Notes under the pieces: generated by a model
Databases searched by the model: none
Told to the model about the DNA's origin: nothing
The model's input: the letters and a program-made list of their open reading frames with translations, nothing else
Shown: piece by piece, positions 24,401-44,143 of the stretch
Position numbering within the stretch: the stretch's first letter is position 1
Layout of the letters: each line of letters starts with the position of its first letter
NCBI GenBank assembly: GCA_037447605.1
Contig: CM074819.1
Span: 372,001-436,000, forward strand
Source of the DNA: Zygnema circumcarinatum SAG 698-1b
Lineage: Eukaryota; Plantae; Zygnematophyceae
DNA: 64,000 nucleotides
Direction of reading: 5' to 3'
Program-made: the position numbers and the translations under genes

Positions 24401-25535
24401 ATTCCCCCCTTCCCCCCTTCCTCCCTTTCCCCCCTCCACCCTCCCCGCTTCCCCTCCCCTCCCTCTCTGTTCAAATTCTTCCCGTCTTGGGCATGCAGAG
24501 AATGCACCGTGAAGAGCCTTATGACGTATGGCATTTTTGTCGAAATCGCTCCTGGCCGGGAGGTGAGTCATCAGCGGTTAGGGCGTGGCTTACAGCACAA
24601 AGGTGACTCGTAAAGTTATGTTTGAAGGCGTACTGCGAGAAAACCAGGCTATAATTCTTCTGAATTCAACTTTTGTTCTGCACTAATTGTGTAGCGCTGG
24701 GAGGCTTCCTGCAGGGTCTCTGCCACATCAGCGAACTCAGCTTGAAACGAGTGAATACCGTCGAAGATGTGAGTTTTAATCCCCAAATCGTTGTGTTCAT
24801 ACTTTTTGGATTTTTTCACTTTCCCTGCAAACTATCGTTCCAGTGCTAGTGGATCATCTTGAAGTTTGTATCTATGGTTTCTTGGTCGAAGGAGGGGTAC
24901 AATTGGGGTAGAGAGCGCGTTTTACAAAGCACGGCCTCAAGGAGTGTCTCCTGCAGGTGGGTAGCGGTAAGAGGAGGAAACCTCAAATTTTGTACTTATC
25001 AATCTGTGTGCCTGTTTGGAGCAGGCCGTGAAAGAGGGCGACAAAATTGACGTGAAGCTGCTAGAGGTGAGAAAGCTGTCTCTCTCTCACTCTCTCTCTC
25101 CCTCGATCTCTGCCCTCCCTCTCTCCCCATGTTTCTCTCTTTCTCTTTCCCCCTACTCCATTTGCTTCCACTACTTCCCCATTCCCCCACTTTTCCTTTC
25201 TACTTCCTCCCATCTCCCTCTCCCCGACCACCTCTTTTCATGAATCGAATCATTTTTTTAATCCCTCCTTCCGTCGCTCTCCCTCACACTTCCACTTTCT
25301 TGTGTCTCTCTCCGCGCCCCTCTCTCCCTCCTCTCACGCATAGCCAACTCCCCTCTCTGACTGCCCTCCTCACTCTCCGCAGATCAACCAGCGCGGGCAG
25401 CTGAGACTTAGCCGCAAGGCGGTCCTTCTGGCAGAGATGCAGGAGAAGAAGGAGCCTGCAGAGGCGGAAGCTCTCACTTCCTCTTCCTCTCCCTCTCCCT
25501 CTCCTCCCTCTCTCGTGGCTGACAACGGTGACTGA
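15504..25535 (+). CDS. PNP1: Polyribonucleotide nucleotidyltransferase (PNPase), probably plastid-targeted; more than 20 exons
   Basis: Exons encode [184 protein letters not shown] ([12 protein letters not shown]) and S1 ([29 protein letters not shown]) motifs. Long N-terminal presequence. Confidence 0.97.
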
Positions 25536-26198
25536 GTGTTCATTCAATAGGAAAATAGTTTATTGCCTCAAATTCTGTTTAAAAGTAGGAACTAACCAGT
25601 TGTGTTCCCCTTAAATTTCATATATTGACGGCTCAAAAACATGAATTTATATATGCATGTTGGCTTTGTTTTTCGTGCTGGGGAGGCGAGTGGCGAGAGA
25701 GGGAGTGGGAGTGGGAAGGAGGGGGAGAGGGAGAGGGAGAGAGTGGAGAGGGAAGGAGGGCGAGAGGCGGAGGGAGAGAGAGTGGGAGAGGGAAGGGGGG
25801 AGAGAGGCAGTGGGAGAGAGAGCGAGTGTGTGGGAAAGGAGGACGAGAGGGTGAGGGAGGAAAAGAAAGATGGCGAAAACTGAGGGTTCATTTCTACATA
25901 TCATCGGTTTGCAACCACATGCCGTGTCGCCGACGTCGTTTCCATTCCCTCTGTGTGCCCGCCTCACACCCTTCAGCCGTACGGTCGCAAAACCCTTCGA
26001 AGGCTCTGAACCCTCAACGGTAGAAAAGCGCAAAGCCCAAATTCTGAACCCGCGCATCCCGAAATCGGAAAAATTGCCGGTCGGCCCTCCGTACGCGGCG
26101 ACTGCATCGCCAGTTTCGCCGGTCTGGCCGGCCGGCAACATGGGATTACATATTCGTACAGTGTATGGCATCCAACAGTCACATATTCTTTGTAATGT

Positions 26199-26400
26199 TG
26201 ACATATCTGTACACATTCGTACAGTATGTTGTTAATCGACAGGGTGGCGTTGATGACATATTCGAAAATATTCGTACGGTATGTTGTAAGTCGACAGGTT
26301 GGCAATGGTGACATATTCGTACATATTCATACGGTACAGTATGTGGTAAATCGGCTGGCGATGATGACATATTCGTACACATTCGTACCGTATGTCGTGA
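26199..26400. repeat. About 3.6 copies of a 55-56-bp tandem repeat rich in (C)GTAC
   Basis: Units start TGACATAT at 26199, 26254, 26309 and 26365. Confidence 0.9.
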
Positions 26401-26861
26401 TTTCCGAGATGGGACTGATGGCCGGCAACCTGGCCGTCAGCCTGCCCCTGCCGGTCGGCTGGTCGGAGGGGTTCAGAGCCTCACTGGTGGCAGGAGCTGT
26501 AGCGGGGACGGCTTTTTGACTTAGATTTTTGGAGCTATTGTTGCTATTTTCTGAAGGGTTTTAGCAGCTCCCTCAGCCGCTGAATGGATCGAGAGGTGTA
26601 GGGTTTTTGTAAAAGCCAGTGTTGGAAGGGGTGAGAGGTACAGGGCTCAGGGTTGATGGTTTGATGGGCTTCAGGATTTAGGGTTGCAGGGCTGATAGTT
26701 TTAAAAGGCTGTATATTTCAGATTTCAGGGTTTAGGGTTTGAGAGTTTACAGTTTAGGGTGTATGTTCAGATTTCAGGGTTCAGGGTTTAAGAGTTCATA
26801 GTTTAGGGTGTAGGTTTTCGATTCCAGTAGGGTTAGCGTTAGGGTTCAGGGCTTTAGCGCG

Positions 26862-27922
26862 ATGTCGCTGCGCATGAAGGAGGTGGTGGAGCGGTTCGTG
26901 GCGGAGCTGCGCGCGGCGACGGAGGCGGACGCGAAGGAGCGCAGTCTGGCGGAGCGCGAGATGCGGCGCTATCTCGAGGAAAGGGAGAGGGAGATGGCCG
27001 AGCGCGAGAGCATCTGGAAGGCCGAGCTCGCCCGCCGGGAGGTGCACGAAACGGGAACTGGAACTGAACAACTGAACTGGAACTGGAACTGAAGAACTGA
27101 GCTGGAACTGGAACTGGAACTGGAACTGGAACTGGAACTGGAGAACTGAACTGGAACTTGGAACAGAACTGAGGAGGGGGACTTTTGATTGAGAACTGCA
27201 AACATACCCTAATACCGGAGCTGCAACCTCGAACTGAACAGAGTAAACAGAAATTTGAAACTGCAACTGAATATGGAACTGACGTGCACCCAGAACTGAA
27301 GTTTGAATTGAGAAGGAAATTGAAACGGAAGCTGGAAGACAAGTGGAGGCTCAGATTAGCGCTGCTTTTGTTCGGTCCTTTTTCAGGGCCTAAAAGTGCA
27401 GGATCTGTGCAGGCTGTGTGATCTAATTGATCAACAAATTGGATGAAAATTGAGATAGCAGGCTATTGATAAGCATCTTGTGGTGAAAGCCTAAGTTTGG
27501 AACCCTAAATTTCTTGAGCCTGCAGGCGGACATATTGAAGCAGGAGGCGCGGCTCCGCTCAGAAAGGGAGGCGCTCGAGAAGGAGAAGCGGATGCTTATG
27601 GGGACCGCATCCAGCCAAGATTCTCAGGTCAAATTTTCATTTACTTTGATTCATTTTGATATTTGCTTTATTTCGGACGAATCTGTAACGCATCTAAGCA
27701 CTGAACCTCTCGAACTTTGGAGACCTCACAACCCTAAACCCAAAACCCTGAAACCTTGAACCCTAAAACCTTCAACCCTAAAGCCGCAAACCCTGGAGCC
27801 GTAAAACTTTAAACCCTAAAATTGCTATGTTTTGATTACCCTTTCAACAGGACGGCGCATTGGAGATATCGGTCAGCGGGGAGAAGTACCGATGTTTGCG
27901 ATTTTCCAAGGCAAAAAAGTAA
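26862..27922 (+). CDS. Small (117 aa) coiled-coil protein of unknown function; 3 exons
   Basis: Exons 26862-27041 (MSLRMKEVVERFVAELR..WKAELARRE), 27526-27627 (ADILKQEARL..LMGTASSQDSQ), 27851-27922 (DGALEISVSGEKYRCLRFSKAKK*), all phase-0 GT-AG. From memory it resembles a conserved land-plant uncharacterised protein; no name assigned. Confidence 0.85.
27053..27170 (+). repeat. (GGAACT)n intronic microsatellite
   Basis: Tandem GGAACT/GAACT units. Confidence 0.9.
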
Positions 27923-29520
27923 CAAAATGTGGTGGGCGATTGTTTTGGTTCCTGGCATTTTTTTCTCTTCTAATGTAAGTTTTGCGTTTCCTGAATGCTC
28001 TCCCTTCCGTTTCTCAACTTCAACTGAGACCCAAGTTGACCTCGTTAGGTTTAGAAGGGGATTTACCGTGTCTCCGCTTCACGCCTCCCTCTCTCTCTCT
28101 CTCTGCCTATCTCTCCCTCTTTCACCCTCTCTCTCTCGCGCCCTCTCTCCCTCTCTCTCCCTCTCCCTCTCTCTCGCTCCCTCTCTATCCCTCTCTCTCC
28201 ATCTCTCGCTCTCTCCCCCTCTATCTCTCTCCCTCCCTCTCCCTCTCTCTCTCTCTCCCTCTTCCTCTCTTTCCCTCTTCCTCTCTTTCCCTCCCTCCCT
28301 CCCTCTCCCTCTCTCTCTCACACGCACCCTTTCTTGTTACGCAGAAAACGGCGTTCCGTATTCCTTTGTTACGGATTTCTGTGGCGGATACCCGTTACTA
28401 ATTTCCCGCGGCATTTCGACCAATGAGGATGGAGGGAGGCTTCGTTCAAAAGTGGAGTTAGTTTTCAGCATTTAGCGATATTCTTTTCTCGGGGGGAGTT
28501 CAGACGCTCCGAGACGTCAAAGTCCAATAAAAGTCCATCCTTGAAATTTTACTTCGGTCCATTCGCCATAAAAAGAGCATCGATTACTTTTTTAAACAAA
28601 TAAAATGCTTCTGAAACCGTGCTTGGGAAATTGGATTTAGTTTGGGTTCAAATCCCCTTTCCCAACTTGCCCCTTTTCCCCTCCTTTTTTTTAGAGTTTT
28701 GAGGGTTTTTGTGAATGCCAAGACTGAAATTAAGTTCAATATGAACTGACCTGCGCAAATGGTGTTGGCGGTGGGGTCAATACTTTTGCTTATCCTAGAA
28801 ACCCTAAAATCCCTAAAACCCTAACTCTATAATACCTGAAACCCCAAAAATCCAAAAAACCAGAAACCAATCTCCGGCACTGTGCCGGTTTCGGTTTGCT
28901 CCGAAAAACCTGCACAACTGGCACTCGCGCGACTCAAGTTACCTGACTTGACTTGACTTGACTTGACCTGACCCGGCTAGAGGCAGGCATGGCCTAGACA
29001 TGAGCCGACTTGAGCTCAAGTTTTAGTCAGACTTGACCACGAGGGAGGTCTATGTGTGTACTTGAAGGTTTGGCCTGCCAATGGTTGGTTTTCCAATGTT
29101 TAGTCTGCCAAGCATTGCCAAGACTAACCAATGGTTGATCTGGCAATGGTTGGCCAATAGACGATCAATGCTTGTGTTTGTGTTTGCGATAAAGTTTTTT
29201 TGACGCCGATGACGTCATCACAGCTCAAGTGGTCCATTTTGGGGTACGTGGCAGCTTCTGAGTCGACCATGTCAACTGATAGTGACGTCATTTCTCCTCG
29301 TTGTCGACTTTTTCCGTCCACCTTCCGATCTCCCCCTTCCCGGATCCACCCTTGCGGAGGCAGCCCAGGTACTGTACAGTACAGTACACTTCTCTTGAAC
29401 CAGGCCGATACACGCCTCGCCGTGGATCCACCTGGACTTACCCCACTTATACCCGATCTCTTTCCCCTTCAAATGCCCAAAAACCACCTTTGCCGCCCTC
29501 CCGGCCCCCCCACCGACACC

Positions 29521-29535
29521 CGAACCTTCTAGAAC
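29521..29535. promoter_or_regulatory. Heat-shock element upstream of mtHSP70 (CCAAT cluster at ~29077-29158)
   Basis: cGAAccTTCtaGAAc is a perfect three-unit nGAAn/nTTCn array ~420 bp upstream of the HSP70 ATG. Confidence 0.65.
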
Positions 29536-29941
29536 CTCCGCAGCGGCCGACCGTCAGCCACTCACAGCGTGCCACGTGGTCAACCTTGAACTGGTCGTAG
29601 CCTATGTTATCATTTCTGCCCGACACTTGTAATCGACGGTTGCGATCTGCCGATTCATTCTGCTAGTGGACATAAATGTTTTGACCCTGCCCGGGGCTTC
29701 GTGTTCTCTTCAGCAGAGGTTTTTTTCTGCTTTGGGGTTCAGAGTTTTTGAGAGGAAAACGGAAGCGCTTCAGCTCTCTCTCTCCCAATCTCCCTTTCCC
29801 TCTTCCTCTCTCCTTCCCCCCCCTTTCTCTCTCTCTGCCGAAACCCTCCGTCGCTGTGTGAACCTGCTTCAGGCGTAGCTCCTTCCAGCCACTGACAGAC
29901 CGCCACGTGGAGCGGCTACGTGACAGCGCCAATCAGAACGC

Positions 29942-36290
<6,349 letters not shown>

Positions 36291-37170
36291 AGAGAGAGAG
36301 ACATAGAGAGAGAGGGAGGGAGGGAGAAGGCAGTGGGAGCAAATGGGAGTGAATGTGAGAGAGGAGAGTGGGGGGAAACGAGAGAGAGAGCGAGCAATGG
36401 GAGCTAATGAGCGAATGCGAGAGAGGGAGAGGGAGGAAAGAAGGGGAAGAGATTGAAGGAGAGAGAGGGAGAGGGAGACGGAGAGGAGGAGAGGTGAGGT
36501 GAGAACGGGTGGGAAACGGTATTTCGGGAGAGGACGAGAGCTGCTCATTTTAAAGTGTGCGGAGGGGCGATTGTCATTGCCATTGATGACGTGGCTCTTT
36601 TTTTGGGGAGGGCAGGAATGGCATTGGGTTTGTATGGGGCGGAGAGAGAGAGAGAGAGTACATAGGTTCGAGCAGGAGAGGAGCAGGCGTAGAACGGAGT
36701 TTCAAATGGAGAAGATTAGATGGCCTACATTGGTATTTTTTTTTGCTGAGAGGAAGGGAGGCGGCAAAAAAATGGGAGGGATTTAGTTGCACTGAGAGCA
36801 GCCATTTCGCCGCATAAAGTGGGCGGTTTGTAGAGTGAGGGACCGTTCCATGTTCAAAGTTTCACGATAAATCAAGCGGAGGTCGGAGCTGCTTCACTTC
36901 TCTCCCTCTCCCTCTCCCTCTCCCCCTCTTTCCCTCACCCGCTTTTCCTCCCTCTGTCCTTCCCTCTCCCTCTCTCCCTTTCCTGCTCTTTCCCTCACCT
37001 TCTCTTCCTCCCCCTCCCTCTCCTTCCCTCTCTCCCTCTTCTTCCCTCTCCCCCTCCCTCGCTCTCTCTCAATCACTCTCTCTGATGTTTGTTGTGGAGT
37101 CACTCTCGCTTCAACATTTTGGCAATGCTCGAGTGCGCGTAAGCACTGGTCGCACAGCCTCCGACGAACA

Positions 37171-37686
37171 TCGTCGGATTTAGCCCTTCACTGTGGACCG
37201 CTGGATGCAGTGTCGACCGATGGGACTGCCACGGTGGACCGTCCGATGCAGGGAGGAAACGTTATCGACCGTTGGGCTGTCTCGATGAAGGACTTTTCTC
37301 TGACCGTCGGATTCTACCGTCACTTGGATGGAGACTCTGTGGACCGTTGGATTTATACTTTTTGACCGTTTTGACCGTTGCAGAATTTTAGACCGTTAGA
37401 TGCATTTCCTCGTACCGTTGGATGCAGCCAAGTGACCGTTGGATGTTTGCACGTGTGACTGTCGGATTCGAACAACCGTTGGATACGACCTCCTTAGACC
37501 CGTCGGATGCGGCTCTTCTACGCCGTTGGATGAGGCCGTGAACTGAACCGTTGGATGCAAACTCTGTCGTTGGATTCTTGTCTTTCTGACCGTTGGATTG
37601 AGATGTAACCTCTCTTGACCGTTGGATGCGGTAATTTTTTACCGTTGGATGCGAACAATTTGACCGTTTTCCACGACCATCCGATG
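37171..37686 (-). promoter_or_regulatory. Array of ~22 co-oriented GACCGTTGGAT(G)-type motifs (reverse strand matches the MSA element TCCAACGGTCA) with unique spacers
   Basis: Copies at ~37196, 37215, 37237, 37267, 37302, 37342, 37364, 37391, 37414, 37434, 37457, 37474, 37497, 37522, 37546, 37566, 37588, 37617, 37640, 37662. The repeat is certain; a regulatory role is inferred. Confidence 0.6.
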
Positions 37687-37959
37687 TCATTTCCGTTTTT
37701 GTCCACGTCGCAGACCGGCCTGTATATCACTCTCCAGGATGGCGAGTAGTAAATGACCCTCTGCGGTTTTGTTCTTAACATCGATAAAAGGAAAAGTAAC
37801 CAGTTCCTTAGCACTATCGTAGTGCAAGTGAATTAAGTGGAAATGATTATGATTTGGCCATTATGCGCATATTTCACCTTCTATGTCAATAGGGATAACA
37901 TTCTTTAAGTTCGTGGATATTGCCAAAGGACCACTGCATCAGTAGAGCAACCTACCACA

Positions 37960-38112
37960 GCCTCGTTGGTTACAGTAAAACAGTTGATCTTCACCTATTT
38001 CGGAGGTAGGGGCTTCATGCTCCACTTGTGCGGTTTTGTTCTTAACATCGATATAAGGAAAGGTGTGGGCACCACACTGGTTGCCCAGGAGCAAGGAATC
38101 ACATTGTGAGAA
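37960..38112 (-). pseudogene. sufB: 51-codon fragment of a bacterial-type Fe-S cluster assembly gene sufB
   Basis: Translates to [51 protein letters not shown], matching the SufB C-terminal motifs QCDS(L/M)[10 protein letters not shown] and EHEATTS.IGEDQ.FY..QRG. No start codon, no splice context, in-frame stops on both sides. Confidence 0.88.
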
Positions 38113-38488
38113 GCTGCTTATGAATAGCTGCTACTGATTGTAGTGGGCGTACCGCTGCAAGCTTGAAAGGGGCTGCTACTGCAGGAATATGCACTCTTTT
38201 TCAATATCCATAATTTAAGAAACTTTAGCATCAACTTAATATTATTCGGCACTGTAAAAGGTGTCCTAGGAACCAAAAAGTCTCTCTGTTCTGATCCATG
38301 TTTTAATGCGCTTAAACTTAAAGAGCCGTGAGGCAGTTCAATCCCATGTTTGCCAGTGCAATCAAAGGTGAAACCACGGTGCATAGATAGTTTATTTCAC
38401 GCTCATTTTTTCTTAACATTGGGTCCTGCCATGTTCAGCATCTTTGCTAGTTTATGAGGTGACTCTGGCTAAAGCATTAGTATGGCTA

Positions 38489-38560
38489 ATCGCCGGCGAA
38501 CGTCTAATATCGGCCAATAACCGCCGGCGATCGTCCAATATCGGCCGATAAGCCGCCAGC
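38489..38560. repeat. Two ~31-bp tandem copies of CGCCGGCGA(A/T)CGTC(T/C)AATATCGGCC(A/G)ATAA
   Basis: Directly visible at ~38490 and ~38522. Confidence 0.75.
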
Positions 38561-38758
38561 TGCCGATACGGCTCAGAGTTGCAAACTGAAGCGAAAGTTT
38601 TCCAACCTCAGAAGCGAAGTTTTTTACAACTGCTGAGCTTCAAGCCCGTCCAAACGTGTGAGATGACATCAGCACAACGGCACAAACTACGTCACCAACA
38701 CTGCGGAATGTGAGCCGCGCGGCCTAGAATTGAAATTAAAAACTTGAGACGGGGAAGG

Positions 38759-41295
<2,537 letters not shown>

Positions 41296-41906
41296 TAGAC
41301 GCGGAGGAGTTCAGCTCACAATTGTAATTTTTTTAGCTCGTTTAAAGTTGTAACATACGTGTCACTCGAGTCAACAAAAAAGCTGGTTTTCGCATCAGTG
41401 TTTTTTATGTTGTTTTTTAAACCAATCAAAAAAATCCAATTTAAAAAAGTTGTTTGTGAATGACCATTTTTGGAACCGATACTCGATTTAGGATGATTTG
41501 CGCTTCAACGAGGAAAAAGAAGAAGGAAAAGTAGAAGCAAAAAAATATGAAATTTCACTCCTCCTTTCAACATGGCCCGTTCTCAGTTTCAGTTTCATCT
41601 AACCTACATCCCCCCCCCCCCCCCNNNNNNNNNNCCCCCCCCCCCCCCCCTCCTCTCCGCCTATCTACACCACTGACATCACCTTACTGCCATGCCAGCA
41701 CAATGGACACCCTCAACATCACATGATGCCTCTTAAATTATATCACAGCATCCTACAACCCCATTCGGTCACGTTACTCATCACACCGCCTCTCTCTCTA
41801 CCCCCTTGTCACATCACATTCGACACCCACTCTTTCACATCTTCGCCACTTCTTTAAAAAAAAAAAAAGCTACCGTTACAGCCCCAATTGACGAAGTCCC
41901 GTCACT

Positions 41907-43215
41907 TCAAGCAGCCACAGGCGACTTCTGCTGGAGGTATCCGTACGTGCTCGCGACGGTCCCATTGGCCGCCTCGCGCGCATTTCCCGCCGCCTCAAGC
42001 GCTTTGCCGGCGAGGAAGTCTGCGTGCTCCTTCGCGCGGAGGGCGGTCGCGCGGGCGGTGGAGTTCAGGGCGTCGGCGGACTCGGCGCCGTACGGACGGC
42101 CGCCGCGGAGGTAGCTGTACAGCCAAGCGACGGCGCCGACAAACAGGGCCGAGCCGCCCGTAATGACCGCCGCGCCACCTGCTTAAACGACAACAATCAA
42201 AACAAAAACGACGGGGGAACTTTCAACAAAAATCAACAACAAAAGGGAATGAATCGCATTGAACTCACGATGGCGAGGCCATCAAATGTAAATGAACAAA
42301 AGCAGCATGTGGAACACACAAGACACAACAACAACAACAACAACAAAGAACAATCACATTCAGATAAGTGAATCTGGATGGGGGTGATTTTTGGAGAATG
42401 TCTGGAATAGAGTTGGAAAGGATCTAAAAGAAATTTAAAGAACATTTGGAGCAGTTTCAAAAAAAAAATTGGAAGGAGATTTGGAGATTTGCAGAAGTCT
42501 AGAGATAACTGAAAATGAGTGAGGTGAATAAGGAGGGATTCTGAAGAATGATTAAAAGATGAGTGAAAATTTAGAAGGTGTTCTGAAGTACGAAATCTTA
42601 GAAGATAGCTCAATTTTCGAAAAGTGTTTGCGGGTTTTGGATTTGATTTGAAGAAGATTTGGAGGCTTGCAACAAAGTCGGAAGCGATTCATAAAAAACA
42701 TGAGATGGAGAGGAGATGAAACTTCAAATGCACTCAAATGTTTCGATTTGGACTTGGATGCAAATTTTCAGAGAGATTTGGAATCTGGAAAATATTTTAT
42801 CAAGATCTAAAGAAGGAAATGAACTAGAAATGAGGATGCAGATTCAACAGCTGAGATGGAGATTTGACGAACCTGCAACCAGCCCGAAGATAATAACAGC
42901 TGGCACGAGGACAGGGCTGAAGAGCAGAAGGAGAGGGCTGAAGAGCAGCAGCAAAGCGCCTCCGCCAATCACGACCGTGCCGCCAACGACAGTTGTCACG
43001 GTTCCTCCAATCAGAAGTGTCCCCAGCAGCAGCAGGATGTCCCTGATTGGTTGGAAGGCAGCCAGGGCAAAGCCAGGTCAGAATGAGTCAAGCCAGACTA
43101 AGTCAACCGGGTCAAGACGAGTCAAGTCAAGTCAAAACAAGTCGAACTCTAGAGGTAGGCTCGTGCTTCACCTCCAACTCCAGACGGTGTGTGCGCTCTC
43201 GCCAGGCTTTGCCAT
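41907..43215 (-). CDS. OLE: Oleosin (lipid-droplet protein), ~161 aa; 3 coding exons, possibly an extra upstream exon
   Basis: Exons 43215-43172 (MAKPGESAHTVWSWR), 43042-42873 (DILLLLGTLLIGG..FS-PLLLLFSPVLVP-AVIIFGLVA), 42178-41907 (GGAAVITGG..VAWLYSYLRGGRPYGAESAD..YGYLQQKSPVAA*). Phases 2 and 1 join in frame. Exact proline knot PX5SPX3P inside a ~79-aa uncharged stretch. Confidence 0.92.
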
Positions 43216-44143
43216 GGTCGCTGTTGGAACTGAACTGAAACTGGAACTGAACCTGAGACTGCAGACGACGAGCTGCGTTGTAACAGAGGACCAAAGGGAG
43301 TTAACAAGCGCAGCAAGCCTGGAAAAAAAGGCACTAGTCAGCTCACCGCTGCAAGAAGCACTCGTGTATGCAGCAAAAGAATGAGAAAACGAAAAATATA
43401 CATCGCATTTGCATAAGATTAATGTATAAAAAATGCAAAAAACACATATAGTACTAAGTACACACAAGGGATAGCATCTATATGCAGAAATCTCAGATAG
43501 ACACCACAGCAGCGAATACATAGAATAAATAGTAAACGTGCATAAACTATATAGCCTTGTAAAGTCGCAGATATGGAACGAAACAAGCTTCGCAGAAGCC
43601 AATGTGCATAAAATATGAAATATTTCCTAAAAATATATAGAAATATGAAAATGTAAGATATGTAAAGGGAACAAACTACTAAAGAAATAAAATTTGCACG
43701 AAAAATAGCCAGTGCGCATAAAAAACGCAAAAAAATGCAGAAGCACACGAACGTCGCAAGTAACACAAGAGGAAAAGGTGTTTGAAAAGAAAAAACGGGA
43801 AATTTCAAGTTTTCAGAAATTTGCAAATCTTCACAGAAGCGCATGTCCACCACACAAAGCAGCACCTTCACTTAAGTAACTTGCATGAATGTACAAAAGC
43901 AAAAAAAATATACGGAAGGAAAGATGGAATCCATCTGAGCTCCTATCCACCATCATCATCTGCAGCCTGCAGGAAGAGCAGCTCTACCTGCAGGGAGGGA
44001 GGGAGGAAGGCAGAAGGGGAAGGAGAAAGCCTGTACGGGAGCGCCGATGCAGGGCTGGCCCCATATATTAAGGGGAATGCCTGACCTAAAGTTTTCTTGA
44101 ACTGCGCCAAATCTGCCCGACCCTTCGGGCAGCACTGAAACGA

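Noticed and set aside
28645-28655. B-box-like GGTTCAAATCC as a tRNA or SINE
   Set aside because: No A-box or cloverleaf upstream.
28790-28830. CTAAAACCCT as a telomerase RNA template
   Set aside because: No upstream USE/TATA pattern or other support; such words are scattered throughout the window.
37171-37686. CRISPR array
   Set aside because: Repeats are ~11 bp and degenerate, spacers ~6-18 bp, there are no cas genes and the context is eukaryotic; far from CRISPR dimensions.
37960-38112. sufB fragment as a functional exon of the host SUFB or a plastid-derived insertion
   Set aside because: No usable splice context, flanking stops, and motifs unlike plant/plastid SufB as I recall them; not fully excluded without a database search.
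38340-38385. Minus-strand CTVVSPLIAL resembling RecQ helicase motif Ia
   Set aside because: Too short with no neighbouring helicase motifs; left unassigned within the foreign-looking patch.
38576-38588. GAGTTGCAAACTG, the reverse complement of CAGTTTGCAACTC at 57019, as a shared transposon terminal repeat
   Set aside because: A 13-bp match somewhere within 64 kb is expected many times by chance, and no partner end or target-site duplication was found.
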